From NCBI GenBank assembly GCA_000165425.1, contig CT868048.1, forward strand, positions 62,001 through 126,000: a stretch of 64,000 bases of DNA. Direction: 5' to 3'. The notes under the pieces are model-generated. The model saw only the letters and a list, made by a program, of their open reading frames with translations. It was not told the origin of the DNA and did not search any database. Of this stretch, positions 11,550-23,976 are shown one piece after another. The translations under genes were made by a program, and so were the position numbers. How positions within the stretch are numbered: the stretch's first letter is position 1; each line of letters opens with the position of its first letter. Source of the DNA: Paramecium tetraurelia. Taxonomy: Eukaryota.

Positions 11550-13207
11550 TCACTTTATGGTTTTATTGACTTAACTCTTAATGTTGTCATAATTCTGAAT
11601 TATTATGCTTAACTTCTGATTCATTTATTTATAGCCGAATTCAGCTTATACTGTTTTAATTAGTTTTTACAAAGAGCTATTAGGCAATTGTTTTCCTTAA
11701 TAAAGTATCTAAAGTCTTTAGATTTCTTATTCCTCCAATTCAATAATTTGATTATCCAAATTATTAATTTAGAGTGACTAATTGGACAGTTTTTAACTTA
11801 GATTGTCTTATTTAGAGTCACTCTATTATAATTCGAATGATTTCAAGGTGTACTTTTATTTCCTCATGTTTTAGATAGTGTTCATAACTTAAAACAGTTT
11901 CTTCTCATAATTAACTCTATTTCCCTGTTGTTGTTATTGTTTGACTTGATTTTCTTTCATTTGCAACTTCAAATAATCATTATTAATTTCTAATTTAGCC
12001 TTAGATATAAGGAATGTTCTTGATTGATTATCGAGATAGCATGGGAAATCAGCTTATGTCACGCTTTCATTAATTTACATTAATAGTTTTACTATGATTA
12101 TGATAGATCCTGATATTCTATGTATTATAAGTATATAAGTTACTAAATTTCTTCACTCTGCAATACTTATTTTAAGAACTCTGCTAAATCTTATTTGATT
12201 TATTTCTTAGTATATTTAATATCTTATAGCATTTCCTCTTCTTTTTTCAATTAGGTTTGATTGAATTACAATTGTTGTTAATATTCCATGTAAAATGTTT
12301 TGATTCTAGCTAATTCCATCTATTCATTCGAATCAATAACCTAAAAGTATTATTGCCTATCCCATTTTTTATTTGGATGTAGTTTATCTTCTTAATGGAG
12401 TGCTAATTGTCTTTATTTAGTATATTTGGATTTGATTTAATCAATTTCATCGCCTAATTTGGTGACATGATCTCTTAATTTGCAATTTTCCATTCTTAAT
12501 TTTTACAAACTCATTTGATATTGATAAATTTCTTAACTGAGCAACTTAATTTAGTTCAATCTACCCTCGATGATGTAGTTGAAATTAAATTATTGTCTTT
12601 CCAAATTTTTATGTTCTTCTTTGTTTATTGTAATTTGTGCTTATGATTGTCTGATTTGATTGGCTACAGCATGATAGTCTACAATCTAGTTGACACTCTT
12701 GAATATCGAAGATAGGTTTTTAAAGCTTTGTAATACATTGGTGGTTGAGTTATTTATTTCATGTTGTGATACTATTCTTTTCTATCTCATTTTATTGAAT
12801 AGGATTTGATTTACCAATTTTTGATTAGTCTATTTAGATATCTTTTCAGCAGTTCCATGTATTTTGTCTTCAGTTAAGGTTTCACTTTTGTCTGAGTGAT
12901 AAATTTAGAATATATTATGTATTAATTTTGTATTGATCGTTGGACTTGGGAAATGGGGATTGTGATCTACTTCATCTTCAGCCAATTTGCCTTATTGGAG
13001 CATCTATTGCAAATTAAATTTCTTTTGATGTTTTTTGGCTTTAAAGTAATTAAGATTAATAACTTCCATTTTTTCATCTTCTGATTGATTATCTTCCTCA
13101 TCTGAATTTTACTTGAAAATCATGGACTGCTTCTTGAGGGGTGACCTTATTCTCTTTTGACTCATTTATTTACTACTCAAATAGAGGGAAGTAGATTTTG
13201 TGTTCAT
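11550..13207 (-). CDS. Hypothetical Gln-rich coiled-coil protein
   Basis: Long code-6 frame from ATG 13207 to TGA 11550-11552, intron near 12118-12143. Confidence 0.7.
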
Positions 13208-13238
13208 TTTTTATAATTAATTTTATAATCTGAGAAAA

Positions 13239-14600
13239 ATGAATTTATTAGATGATTTAGAAAATAATGGGACTCAGCAGATGGATTTACTTAACTTTGA
13301 GTAACATTCCTATAATTAATTTATAGTCATCAAGCTAATGTGATACCCAATGTAGATTTTTATAATGCAATTGTTGTTAATGAATTCATGAATAATCGTA
13401 CTGTAGAAGTAAAAGATGGTGAAGTCGTGAAAGAAGGATACATAACTAAATACAAATTATATCTAGTCAGAACTAAAAAGTTAGGAGGCGAATGGGAAAC
13501 TGAAGTTTCAAGGAGATTTAGTGATTTTGAATGGTTATACTCAGAATTGATTAATAAATATGGAGGATATATAATCCCTGCTATTCCTGAAAAGCATTTA
13601 CTCACCAAAGTTAACTTAGCTAGTTATGAAGTATTATTTTGTGATTTAAAATTTAAACAAATAGTTTTCTGAAAAGAGAAGGAAAGACCTTTAATAATTT
13701 CTATAAAGAATACTAAATCATCACCATCTAAGATACGTGCCAGAATTAAGAATTTTTATTGAAGATAAAGAAAAAGTACAATTAGAAATAATTATAAGTT
13801 TATTTCTCTTTTGAAAGGGGAATTAGAATAAAACAAAACTATCGAATAAAAATGTGACAATCTCTTACAATCAGTCAAAACTCTGTGGCATAGTAGTACT
13901 ATGGCGGCCAAAGGGTAAGATCCAGCAAGGATGTTTGATGGGAGTGAGAAGGATCTGACATATGATGAAACACTCCTCTTATCTTTTTCTATGAAAGGGA
14001 ACAAATTAAAAGCAGTTGTTGAAGAACATGTCACTACATTAAGAGAAGAAGTCAAGACATTGAATGATTAAAATGAGGCTCTCTATTCTTGGAGTAAGAA
14101 GAGTTAATTACATAATTAGATGGTTTGGGATCTGCAAGTGAAGAAGATATTTAATAATTTAAGTAATTGAAGTATAACAATGAGGTCAGACAGACTAAAA
14201 TAAATAGAGAGATTGAAGACATCGATAGGAAATTTATACCCAAACTACAAAATAGCTTATTTGAAATTGAATGGGCATTGACTGCTTGCAAAAGAAGAAG
14301 AAATCTGTAATAACAATTATTGATTGATCAATAAAGAATAGATCAACTCAAAATGCAATATACAGATAATTCAAGCAGAGTATTTATTACAATGATTTAT
14401 AGAGAGATCTAGAAATGGATGTGTTGAAAACTAAATATCAAAAAAATAAGGACAGAAGTGATAAAATGTCTATCATTATGTAGGACGAACTGTTGAGTTT
14501 CATTTCAGAAATGAAACAATAATTAAAATCCATACTTGAAGAATGGAGGTCCATAATGAAGACATTATCAAAAAACATTGTTGAAGACGACAATGAATGA
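13239..14600 (+). CDS. PX-domain (sorting-nexin-like) protein with C-terminal coiled coil
   Basis: VSRRFSDFEWLYSEL...IIPAIPEK, then SEKRRKDLQQFLQRILNHHHL; several micro-introns. Confidence 0.88.
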
Positions 14601-14824
14601 TAATTCAATTTAATACTATATAAGTATAAAATATAAGTATTAATTTATTATTAATTAAATTTCAATATTTTTAAACTAACAACTGAAGTTTTAATTGATT
14701 AAGAATTGTTATTATATTTAAGTAAAAATAAGATTGTTTTTGGATCTTCTTATGATTTTAATGTGTCACCAGCATCCTTTAAGTCTAAGAAATAATTAAT
14801 TTTAATTTTGATAATAATTATTAA

Positions 14825-15401
14825 ATGGGAAGTCATTGTTCTTAAGCAGTCTAAAATACTACTGTTACATATGAAGAGAAGAATGAAATTAATAATACTA
14901 TTTAGGAAAAGGAATCCTTTGTACCAATATTCACTGGCAAATTGAATCTAAATGTGGAAATTGACAAAGGCGTATACTCAATGAGACCATGCAATGTTAA
15001 TGATTCAGTTTTGGATATAACAACTGAAAGAAATTAACAGGAATAAATACAACAAAAGTTCAATTTAAGAAATTATACAGTTAGTTATTGTCAAAGAAGT
15101 ATTTCGACGATACTATGACCATAAACAAGTCTCACAATTTAGTATATTCCAATATGGGTTTTAACATACTCTCTGAGATTATTCCAAGCGAAGTGGTATC
15201 CCAGAAATAAGAAAAATAAAAAAAAGTAGAAGAATGCGACGAGGACTATGATTAAATGTGTAGAACTGATTTGGATTAGTTTAAATTTTAGTAACCGGCT
15301 GTTATGAAATATGTAGACAAATAAATACCAACCTAACAAAAGACAAAGTAAAAATACAATTAAATAATAGCACTGTTGACCAAAGAAATCTAAGAAAATG
15401 A
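14825..15401 (+). CDS. Small hypothetical protein (MGSHCSQ..., possibly N-acylated), ~176 aa
   Basis: Code-6 frame completed by two 23-nt introns (~15058-15080 and ~15348-15370). Confidence 0.6.
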
Positions 15402-15708
15402 TTTTAAAATATCAATTTATTTAAGTGATTATAATCAATTGTTAAGATCAAATTCTAAAAACTAGAGAATATTCTTCCACCTTCCTCAATTTCAATTTAT
15501 ACAACCACCATAGAATGTCTTAACATAGTATTTCAAATGAAACTTCATTTACATCTCAATTGAAATTAAATCCTTATTCATGAAATAAACCACTTTTGAA
15601 AACAATAAGAATGCTAGTATACTTTTAAGTACCTGATGGAAAATTAAGAGGGATGATATCTGGCAAAATTAGAAATAAATTAAAATTGTATAAAATTATT
15701 GTTCATTA

Positions 15709-16940
15709 TCAATGACGAAAGAATTTATGATGCAAAGCTTCGTGACAACTGATTCTTTTTTCGGGACTGATTTCAAGCATTTTTTATAATAAATCTCTTA
15801 ATAATGGATCAAGTATCAATTCCCTTAATGGTTTTTGATTTTCGACTTTAGCAATGCTCTCCTTCGTCGTATTTTCCTAAGGCCAAATGTAGTATTTCCC
15901 ATTGGTAGAACTCCTTGTGAATTATTATTTCAATGATCCTCTGGCATTGCTGGCCATCCAATAAGGGAAGTTTTGATCAGTTATTTTTTCAACCAAAGCC
16001 ATATGTTCATACTCATTTTTTCTTGTTTAAAATAGCAACTGTCCTGAAATATTTTAAATTATTCATTCCTACCTAAATACATTTCAGCGATGATACAGGC
16101 AATCCCCCAAACATCACTTTTATGATCCCATTCACAACATTACAACTAAACCTCAGGAGCTCTATATTGACGTGTATTAATTATACAATCATGTCCTTCG
16201 TGATCAAACACTGCTCCACCGAGGTCTATGATCTTGATTCTCTCATCTTGTGGTAAGTACCTAAATAAAGAATTGGTTAGCTTATATACAAATCGTTCTA
16301 TCCTTTTTTGAATTTGTAATTTTTACTAAAAAGGATATTCTCTGGTTTTAAATCAGTGTGAACAATTTTAAGATCATGTAATTAACCAATGAACTTTAAT
16401 AATTATTTACTGATGCTTCGTATTAAAGTCATAGGAAGTCCTTGATTTTTATGGAACTTCATCAATTCATAGAGACTGGGTCCAAGCTAAATTTATATGA
16501 TAACAAATGATTACTCTCTCAAAAATCATGCAATAGTACCCTCTATGGTGAAAACATTCATACAATTCAACAAAACTGCGACCTAATCCTTTTTTCTTTA
16601 GATGAAATAAAACATCAGCTTCTGATTATGCACTCTCAACATGATTGTGTCTGACTACCTTCATGGCATATGTCTTTGAATTTCTCCTCTTGACTTTCAA
16701 GACCCTTCCAAAAGTACCATCAAATATATGTCTCTTGACCTTGTATTCTTTGATATATTCTCCCCTCCTGTATTTATAATGCTAATCATCATCACTTGAA
16801 GAGCTTCCATTAGACTCATCATCAGTCACTACCGAAGAAGTAGTAGTAGAACTAAAAGATTATCGCTTTAAGAATATATACTATTTTTATTTGCGGTTTG
16901 ATCTTCTATTTGAACGTCTTCGTGATTCTTTTGAGGACAT
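15709..16940 (-). CDS. LAMMER/CLK-family dual-specificity protein kinase
   Basis: RS-rich N-terminus, GTFGRV, HTDLKPENIL, IIDLGGA, INTRQYRAPEV, EHMALVEK (LAMMER variant). Confidence 0.9.
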
Positions 16941-17148
16941 GTTTGATATTAATTATTTATATTTAATAATTTAAAATAATTTCATTTCTATATTGACACA
17001 CCACCATAAGCAACATAAATCAACAACTTTATTTTGATACTACATCAACACTTCTTTTGTATTAACTACTTAATAAGAATATAATAAATTTGTGTTTATA
17101 ATAATAATAATAAAATAAATTTGCATAAATCTGTCAAACACTTATCAT

Positions 17149-18021
17149 TCAATATTTTAAACCCGCCTTAATCTATTTTTCATAGCAATCCTTGTATAAT
17201 ATTCTTATTAATGTCAATGAAATGAAAGCTCCAACAAATGGTAATCCTGTATAAATCCACAGATTCCAAAACCTAGCCCAATGACCATCTTTACAACACT
17301 CAAAAAATACTAATCTAATTTTTTATTCTCATATATACCCCATAGCAATAGCTGGATTCAGACTGCTCTTCGCAACATAGCTAAGAGTTCTGCCAACTCC
17401 ATATAATCCACTGATTATAATACTATGTTCTAATCTATCGCTTGTGAAATCCATCAAGTCATCATACTAAAACAAAAAGCCAGCAGTCAGTATAAGTGAC
17501 CCTAAGATCTCTCCTATTATGACTGCGAAGTATTCCTCAATCGAAGTTTAAGACAAATATGGAACATCATTTACACTAGATAATAATCTACAAAATTTTT
17601 ACTAATTCTTAAAGCAAAAGAAACCAAGCATACTCGCCAAAAATGCTCCTCCAAATTAGCTGGCTATGGCTACTGATACCCATAGACCCTTGTCGTTGCC
17701 AGATAAGACAGTGGTGATTGCAGGATTGAATGAGCACTTCTGATTTTGGGCGACCAAAATTAACATTCCATATGCACAACTGAAAACGAATAGGTTATTG
17801 CTTGAAGTATTATAATGACTTTACTTGCTGGCGTAGATGGAAAATGTTAGCATGAATGTGCCTAAGAATTCGAACCAGAAAATGTAGACGGCTTCTTTTT
17901 TCATCTGTCCCACTCTTGTTTGAGGCATCTTCCCTTCTACTTCCCATTTGATTGGCTTATTTTACTATGAGACTTCTTGATTCACTAAGTCACTATAGTT
18001 TTGTTATTATTATTCTTCCAT
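17149..18021 (-). CDS. Aquaporin / major intrinsic protein
   Basis: FEFLGTFML, two NPA motifs (SFNPAI, SLNPAI), LWIYTGLPFVGA. Confidence 0.92.
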
Positions 18022-18191
18022 TAATCTGTAATTATTTTAATGAGAGGAAATTCTATATACAACAGTTATTATTCACTCCATACAATTAATGAAGATGCAG
18101 AATTAGATGTACAGAGTAATAAGAATGTGTAATAGGTTTTGTTATATGATGGAATAATTATGATAATATAAATTAATATAAGATTATTTTG

Positions 18192-19978
18192 ATGGATCAA
18201 ATGAGTAGTAAGGAGCTTTTGAATAGGATCAACATGTAATTGAAATCAGCAGTTACTGTATATGCCAAAATCCAATTGGTGAATTATATACTCAATTCGA
18301 GTCCAGAATTCATAGACATGTAAAAAGGAGGGCTAATTTTAGGGTTGGATAATCAAGTTCAATGAAGATGATTACTTAATATTTGAGAGAATCTTTGAAA
18401 TGCATTTAGGGTAATGAGGAACTTGTGGATAAAATATTTATGTTGTTGTTGAGGATGAATTTAAATGATTAAATGCTTCGAGAATCTGAAATGGGACTTT
18501 TGTTAATTAAAATAAAGGATAAGAGATTATTTGAAGATCAAAGAGCAAATATGAATGATCACATCCAATAAAAATGGCTGAAAATTTATGCTATGTATAG
18601 AAGTGGATTGGAAGATTTAAAAAAAAATAACAATTAGAAGGATAAATATGAAGAGCGCAAAAAAAAAGTGAAAAGGAATCAATCATCAAGTTCCAATGAC
18701 TCATCCAATAAAAGGAAAAAGAATAAAAAGAAAAATGTTAGGTATGTTTTGAGTATTGAATTTCATAGGTTTGCAAGAGATGACATTCTAATGAATTACA
18801 AATATTTTAAAAGGGATGATGAACCTAATCAAAGAGGAATGTCTATAGAAGAAGTGTTAGCTTTTCAAAAATTATATTCAGTGGAACTTAAAAGACTGAA
18901 TCAAATAAATGGCTATGATATCAAACACAGAGAATCCATGATGGAAGGACAAGAACACAAACTCCAATTAGATAATATCCAATAAATGATCGAATAAATT
19001 CCCTTTATTAAACCTTTTAGTAAAAAATGCTTCAAAATTATTAGAATTACGTCCAACCTTTTTAGAAGCATACGATACCAATTTCAAAGAAACTCAAAAA
19101 TAATAAACGAGAACAGAATCCAAAATGTCAGCCTTCTATAATCGAGATGTATATATTTATATAATCTATTAACTCCAGTAGATCCCTGAACAGCCTGGGT
19201 ATAGTGAAATTTCCAATACGCAATCAGGAATGCAACCCAGAACCATTCATTTGGATCCTCCCAAGAGAGAAGACCTTGTTTTTATGGTACAAATCATCTG
19301 CAATCGGGGATTCACTGAATTGGAGGAGAAGCACAAGAATGCCAATAAAAAATAAATCAAAGGAATTTTGAAAAAACCTCAAGTTGAATAATCCAATTAG
19401 AAGGATATCATGTTGAATCAGGCAAAGCAGGATCTCCAACCCAAGATGCAGCAATTGGTTCAGATGGTTGAGCAGAAACAAAACCATAGCCAGGAAAGCA
19501 TTCGTAAGAATATTAATTTATTTAAGTCACTTTATTACATGATATTATATAAAAATTAAAGGAAATTGGTGAGGAATAATATATAAAAAATTTTAAATCA
19601 TTCCTTGAAACTAAGTTGAATGACAAATAATCAATTATAACTGAATAAGAACGCATTAAATCTCAATAAGAATAATAGAGAACTCGCATTGAACAATTAT
19701 AAACTATCAATCCCATTCAGGCTCAGAGGTTGAGAGCCTACAAAACCAAGCATTGTCACAATTTTCATTCCTCCATTGGATGCACAAGAGGAGATAATTG
19801 TAATTTCATACATGACTCTCGTTATCCAGGAAGACCTGCTCCAATTCTTCAAAATCCCAATTTCCTTAACAAAACCCTCTATCCCTAGTCCCCTATGCAA
19901 TCAATCATTCCCCCCTTGCTCCAATAGCTAAACCCTGCCTTTCTGCTCGGAAGGCTAAAAAAGTATGATAGTTTATGA
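18192..19978 (+). CDS. PNUTS/PPP1R10-like PP1 nuclear targeting subunit: TFIIS-N-like domain, RVxF motif, C-terminal CCCH zinc finger
   Basis: LLLRMNLNDQMLRESEMGLLL (TFIIS-N-like); spliced KKNVRF...YKYFKRDDEP; ETQKQQTRTESKMSAFY...IPEQP; KGILKK; YKTKHCHNFHSSIGCTRGDNCNFIH (C-x8-C-x5-C-x3-H). Confidence 0.75.
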
Positions 19979-20161
19979 GTTGATATTTATTAAAAATACA
20001 TTTAATATGCTAATTTAAACTTCCATCAGTACTCAATGTAATACGACTTCTCTTCCTTCTAAAATTAAAAATATTGTCCCAAGACACTTTGTCTTCTATG
20101 AAATAGCAAAAACGTATAATGAAAGTATGAATATACATATATATTCACATATTAAGGTAAT

Positions 20162-20266
20162 TCATGATCTGAAACCTTGTTTTCTAGCAAAGGAACCTAC
20201 TGCTGCAAAGCCAACTAAAGCGATTATTCCAAATAGGACCACATTCGAAAGGAAGTCAAGAATCAT
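20162..20266 (-). CDS. Candidate 34-aa single-pass membrane microprotein MILDFLSNVVLFGIIALVGFAAVGSFARKQGFRS
   Basis: ATG-to-TGA ORF, richer in GC than its flanks, with one hydrophobic helix and a basic tail. Confidence 0.5.
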   Translation of the reverse strand: MILDFLSNVVLFGIIALVGFAAVGSFARKQGFRS

Positions 20267-20463
20267 TATCGAAATTTAATTATTTAATTACAAATGTCAC
20301 TTTATAAATTATTTTATTGTTAAAACCAATTAAATATTTAAGACCATTTCAATACTTTAATAAAAAATTATTTGTTATTGATTTGTATTTTCATTTATAC
20401 TTAGCTTATCCATTTATAAAAAGTTAAAGATTTTGATATAAATTCCAATTAAAAAATTAAAAC

Positions 20464-22141
20464 ATGGGTTGTATATGTGCAACTGTGCCAAGAAAAAACT
20501 AAATTAGGCCGATGAAAACAAGAAATAAGGATTTGGTGTTTACTTCAACTGAAGACATTTCTAAAATCTATGTTCTTGGAAAAGTCTTAGGAGTAGGATC
20601 GTTTGGAAAGGTAATAGCAGCTAAAATGAGGAGTAATCCTATGAAATAATATGCAATCAAAATTATTGAGAAAAAAAAAGTCAAAGGCAGAGAAGACATT
20701 TTGGCTAATGAAATATTTATTTTGTAGAAGTTGGATCATCCCAACATAATCAAATTTCACGAGGTTTATCAGAATAGAATGAACTTCTATATTTGTATGG
20801 ATTATTGTAAAGGGGGAGAACTAGTAGAGTGGATTCCAAAGCGATATAAAAATTTTCATGAAAGAAACATCAAGGAAATAATGAAGAAGGTATGACAAGT
20901 CAATTATGTAGATCATATCTGCCGTAGCATACATTCATGGTCAAGGGATAGTGCATAGAGATATTAAGGCTGAAAATATTATGATAGCAAATAAGAAGGA
21001 TGATGCTGAACCAAAATTAATTGACTTTGGATTAGCAAATAAATTCGATACATCAAAGCTACGTCGTTTAAAATCATTTGTTGGAACCCCTATGTACATG
21101 GCTCCAGAGGTAATTCAAGGGAAGTATGATGAAAAATGTGATATCTGGTCTCTTGGTGTTCTATTATTTACATTACTCTCAGGTCACATGCCTTTTCACG
21201 GAGAATCAAAAGAAGAACTATACGATAACATTTAAAGGGCTAACGTAATTTATTATATAAAAATGTATTTTTAGATTACCTTCACATATAATGCTTGGAA
21301 GAATGTGAGTGATGATGCCAAAGATATAGTAAGAAGAATGTTGCAGAAGAATCCAAACCTAAGACCGTCAGCAATAACTTTATTAAAACAAGAGTGGTTT
21401 ACAAAGTTGGAAGTTTTTGAGGAAAAACAAACACTGGACCATCAAATTTCCCAAAAAGGTTAAGCCTCCCCTTCAAATTCTAATTCTGATAACAGATCTA
21501 TATATTAGATGCTGAAACAAACAGCTTAAAAAGGGGGAAGTAAATTTCGAAAAGAAGTAATGACAATTTTAGTGAAATAATTAAATGAATAAGAATTGAG
21601 TAATCTAATAGAAAAATTCAAATAAATAGATGTTGATAATTCAGGAACAATTACTATATTCGAATTAAGATAGGCACTTATCGCAGAGGTTTCTATTAAT
21701 ATATTAATGAGTAGGGTTCACCTGCATCGATTGATGAAATTGAAAGATTGGTTGAGAATATTTCACCAAAGAATGCTTTAGATGTGAAGAAACGATCTAG
21801 ACCTTCGGTTGAGTTAAAATACAGTGAATTTTTGGCGTCTTGCATTGATGAGAGGAAGTTTTTGACTAGAGAAAAAGTATTAGTGTAATAAATAATATTA
21901 GTTATGGTCCTTATTTAAATTTTTTGATACAGATAATTCGAATTACATCACGAAAGATGATATCAAGGAGGCTTTTGCAAGAAATGCAAAGTCATTCACA
22001 GATGAGTAAATTGAAGAGATGATTTATGAAATTGATCCTAATCATGACAACAAAATTAGTTTTGATGAGTTCTGTCAAATGTTTGATAATGCTGGAATCT
22101 ATTAGAAATTAGATGATGATGATGAAGTAATTGAAACATGA
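20464..22141 (+). CDS. Calcium-dependent protein kinase (CDPK)
   Basis: MGCIC N-terminus, GVGSFG, HRDIKAEN, DFG, GTPMYMAPE; EF hands [27 protein letters not shown]. Confidence 0.95.
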
Positions 22142-22275
22142 TTATTTTTATTTAATCTTCTCTAATTTAATGATATTTTATGTCGAATGATTCTATTACA
22201 ATTATATGTTAATGAGTTAATGAATTACAAATTAATATAAATATATATAGAATTTATATGTCATAAGAATGGATG

Positions 22276-23976
22276 TCATACAATTACAGAAGGAGCATTA
22301 GATTAAGGATCCTTAGATTCATCTTTAAATTCTAGAGTTTCTTAGATTCCAGCAACTCCCATCATCTAACAAAAAGCGTCGAATCCAATTTTATTCTCAT
22401 TATTAGGATCAATTTCAGATATCATTTAGTTGATTTTGTCGAGTGAAAGTGAACGTCCATGCCTCGCAAATGATTCTCTAATGGCCTCTCTTGATAAATG
22501 ATTCTCATTCTAAGTGTCGAAATACTTGAAAATTGACCACAATTTTTCCCTTGTGAAAACTCTTCTTTCATCAATACAGGCAGTTAAGAAATCGCTGTAT
22601 TTAATTACTAAAGGTTTTGAGGATGTAGATTTATGGGATAAAGTTACTGTCACATCGTCTAATTCATCAATGTCATATCCAATGTTCTCCATAATTTATT
22701 CAATTTCTTCTACAGTGGCTAGGGAACCCTAAGAATATTTTAAATCAATACTTCTTGTTGAAGTGCCTGGTGCAACTCTTGGACTGTTATTGTGCCAGAA
22801 TTATCAACGTCAATATTCTTGAATATTTGTTGCAACCTCGCTAAATCCTTCTCGTTCATTTGATTTACTAAGACTTTCATGACTTCTTTCTTGAATTTGG
22901 CACCGATACGATAAGTTTTAAGCATTTGATATAATGTTCTTTGATCATCCTCAGAGGGAGTTCCTGAAAATCCAGTACTTCTTCTGGGAGGTCTGTAAAC
23001 TCCATCCTTAAATAAGAGTTGAAACCATGGATGCTTAAGACATTCTTTGGCAGAATATCTTAAGTGCTAGCTTTTGTTAAGCATCCTCTTCAAGAGATCC
23101 TTAGCTTCGTCACTAATGTTTTTCCAATGTCTCCTGTCAAATATTAACTAATATATATAATTCAAATTGTATACATTTTGATATTGAATGTTTTCATAAA
23201 GTTCCTGTCGATTTCTACCATAGAAAGGGGGATAACCCACGAGCATATTAAATAGTAAAACTCCAAGACTCCACACATCGCATTTTTCGTTGTATGTGCC
23301 TTCGATGACTTCCGGTGCCAAATAGACAGGCGTGCCAACTCCAGCTTTCAGTTTACTATTTTAATATTATGACTTCCTTACTTATAGCTGAAGGCATCGT
23401 ATTTCACTGAAAGTCCAAAGTCAATGAGTTTGGGCTCAGATCTGATGTCACGATCGGTAAACATAATATTTTCTGGTTTGATGTCTCGATGTATTATTCC
23501 TTATTCATGAATGTATGCAACTGCTGATATGATCTGTCTTTAGCATAATAAGTTACTTTAACCATTATATCTCTAGCCTAACCCTCAGTATATGATTTTT
23601 AATTTTTGGGCACGCTCTCCATAAGTTCTGCTCCAGCACATTTGTCCATACAGATGTAGAAGTACAGTTCGCTCTGATATACTTCATGGAATTTTATGAT
23701 ATTTGGATGATCCAGCCTCTGAAGGACATATATTTCATTTGCCAACATGGTTTCCCTTCCTTTCACTTTTCTCTTGTCAATCATTTTTATAGCGTATAAT
23801 TTTTCAGCGTTATTTCGCCTCCTAGCTGTCAGAACTTTACCGAAGGCACCTATTCCTAGTACTCTTCCGAAGGAAAATATTTTATGAATGTCAGCAGTTG
23901 ATGTAAAGATGTAATCTCTGTTTGTTGTTTGCATAGCGACAATTTTATTTATTCCTTTTGGTTAGAAACAACCCAT
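22276..23976 (-). CDS. Calcium-dependent protein kinase (CDPK), paralogue of 20464-22141
   Basis: MGCFQ N-terminus, [28 protein letters not shown] hands DVDNSGTIT and DPNNENKIG. Confidence 0.95.

Noticed and set aside
20042..20062. Resemblance to the 18S rRNA 3' region (GAGAAGTCGTA on the minus strand), suggesting a snoRNA guide
   Set aside because: Only about 11 nt match and no properly placed C/D boxes
20030..20164. Selenocysteine read-through of the smORF TGA
   Set aside because: No SECIS-like ATGA/AA/GA stem downstream, and the extension looks like translated AT-rich noise
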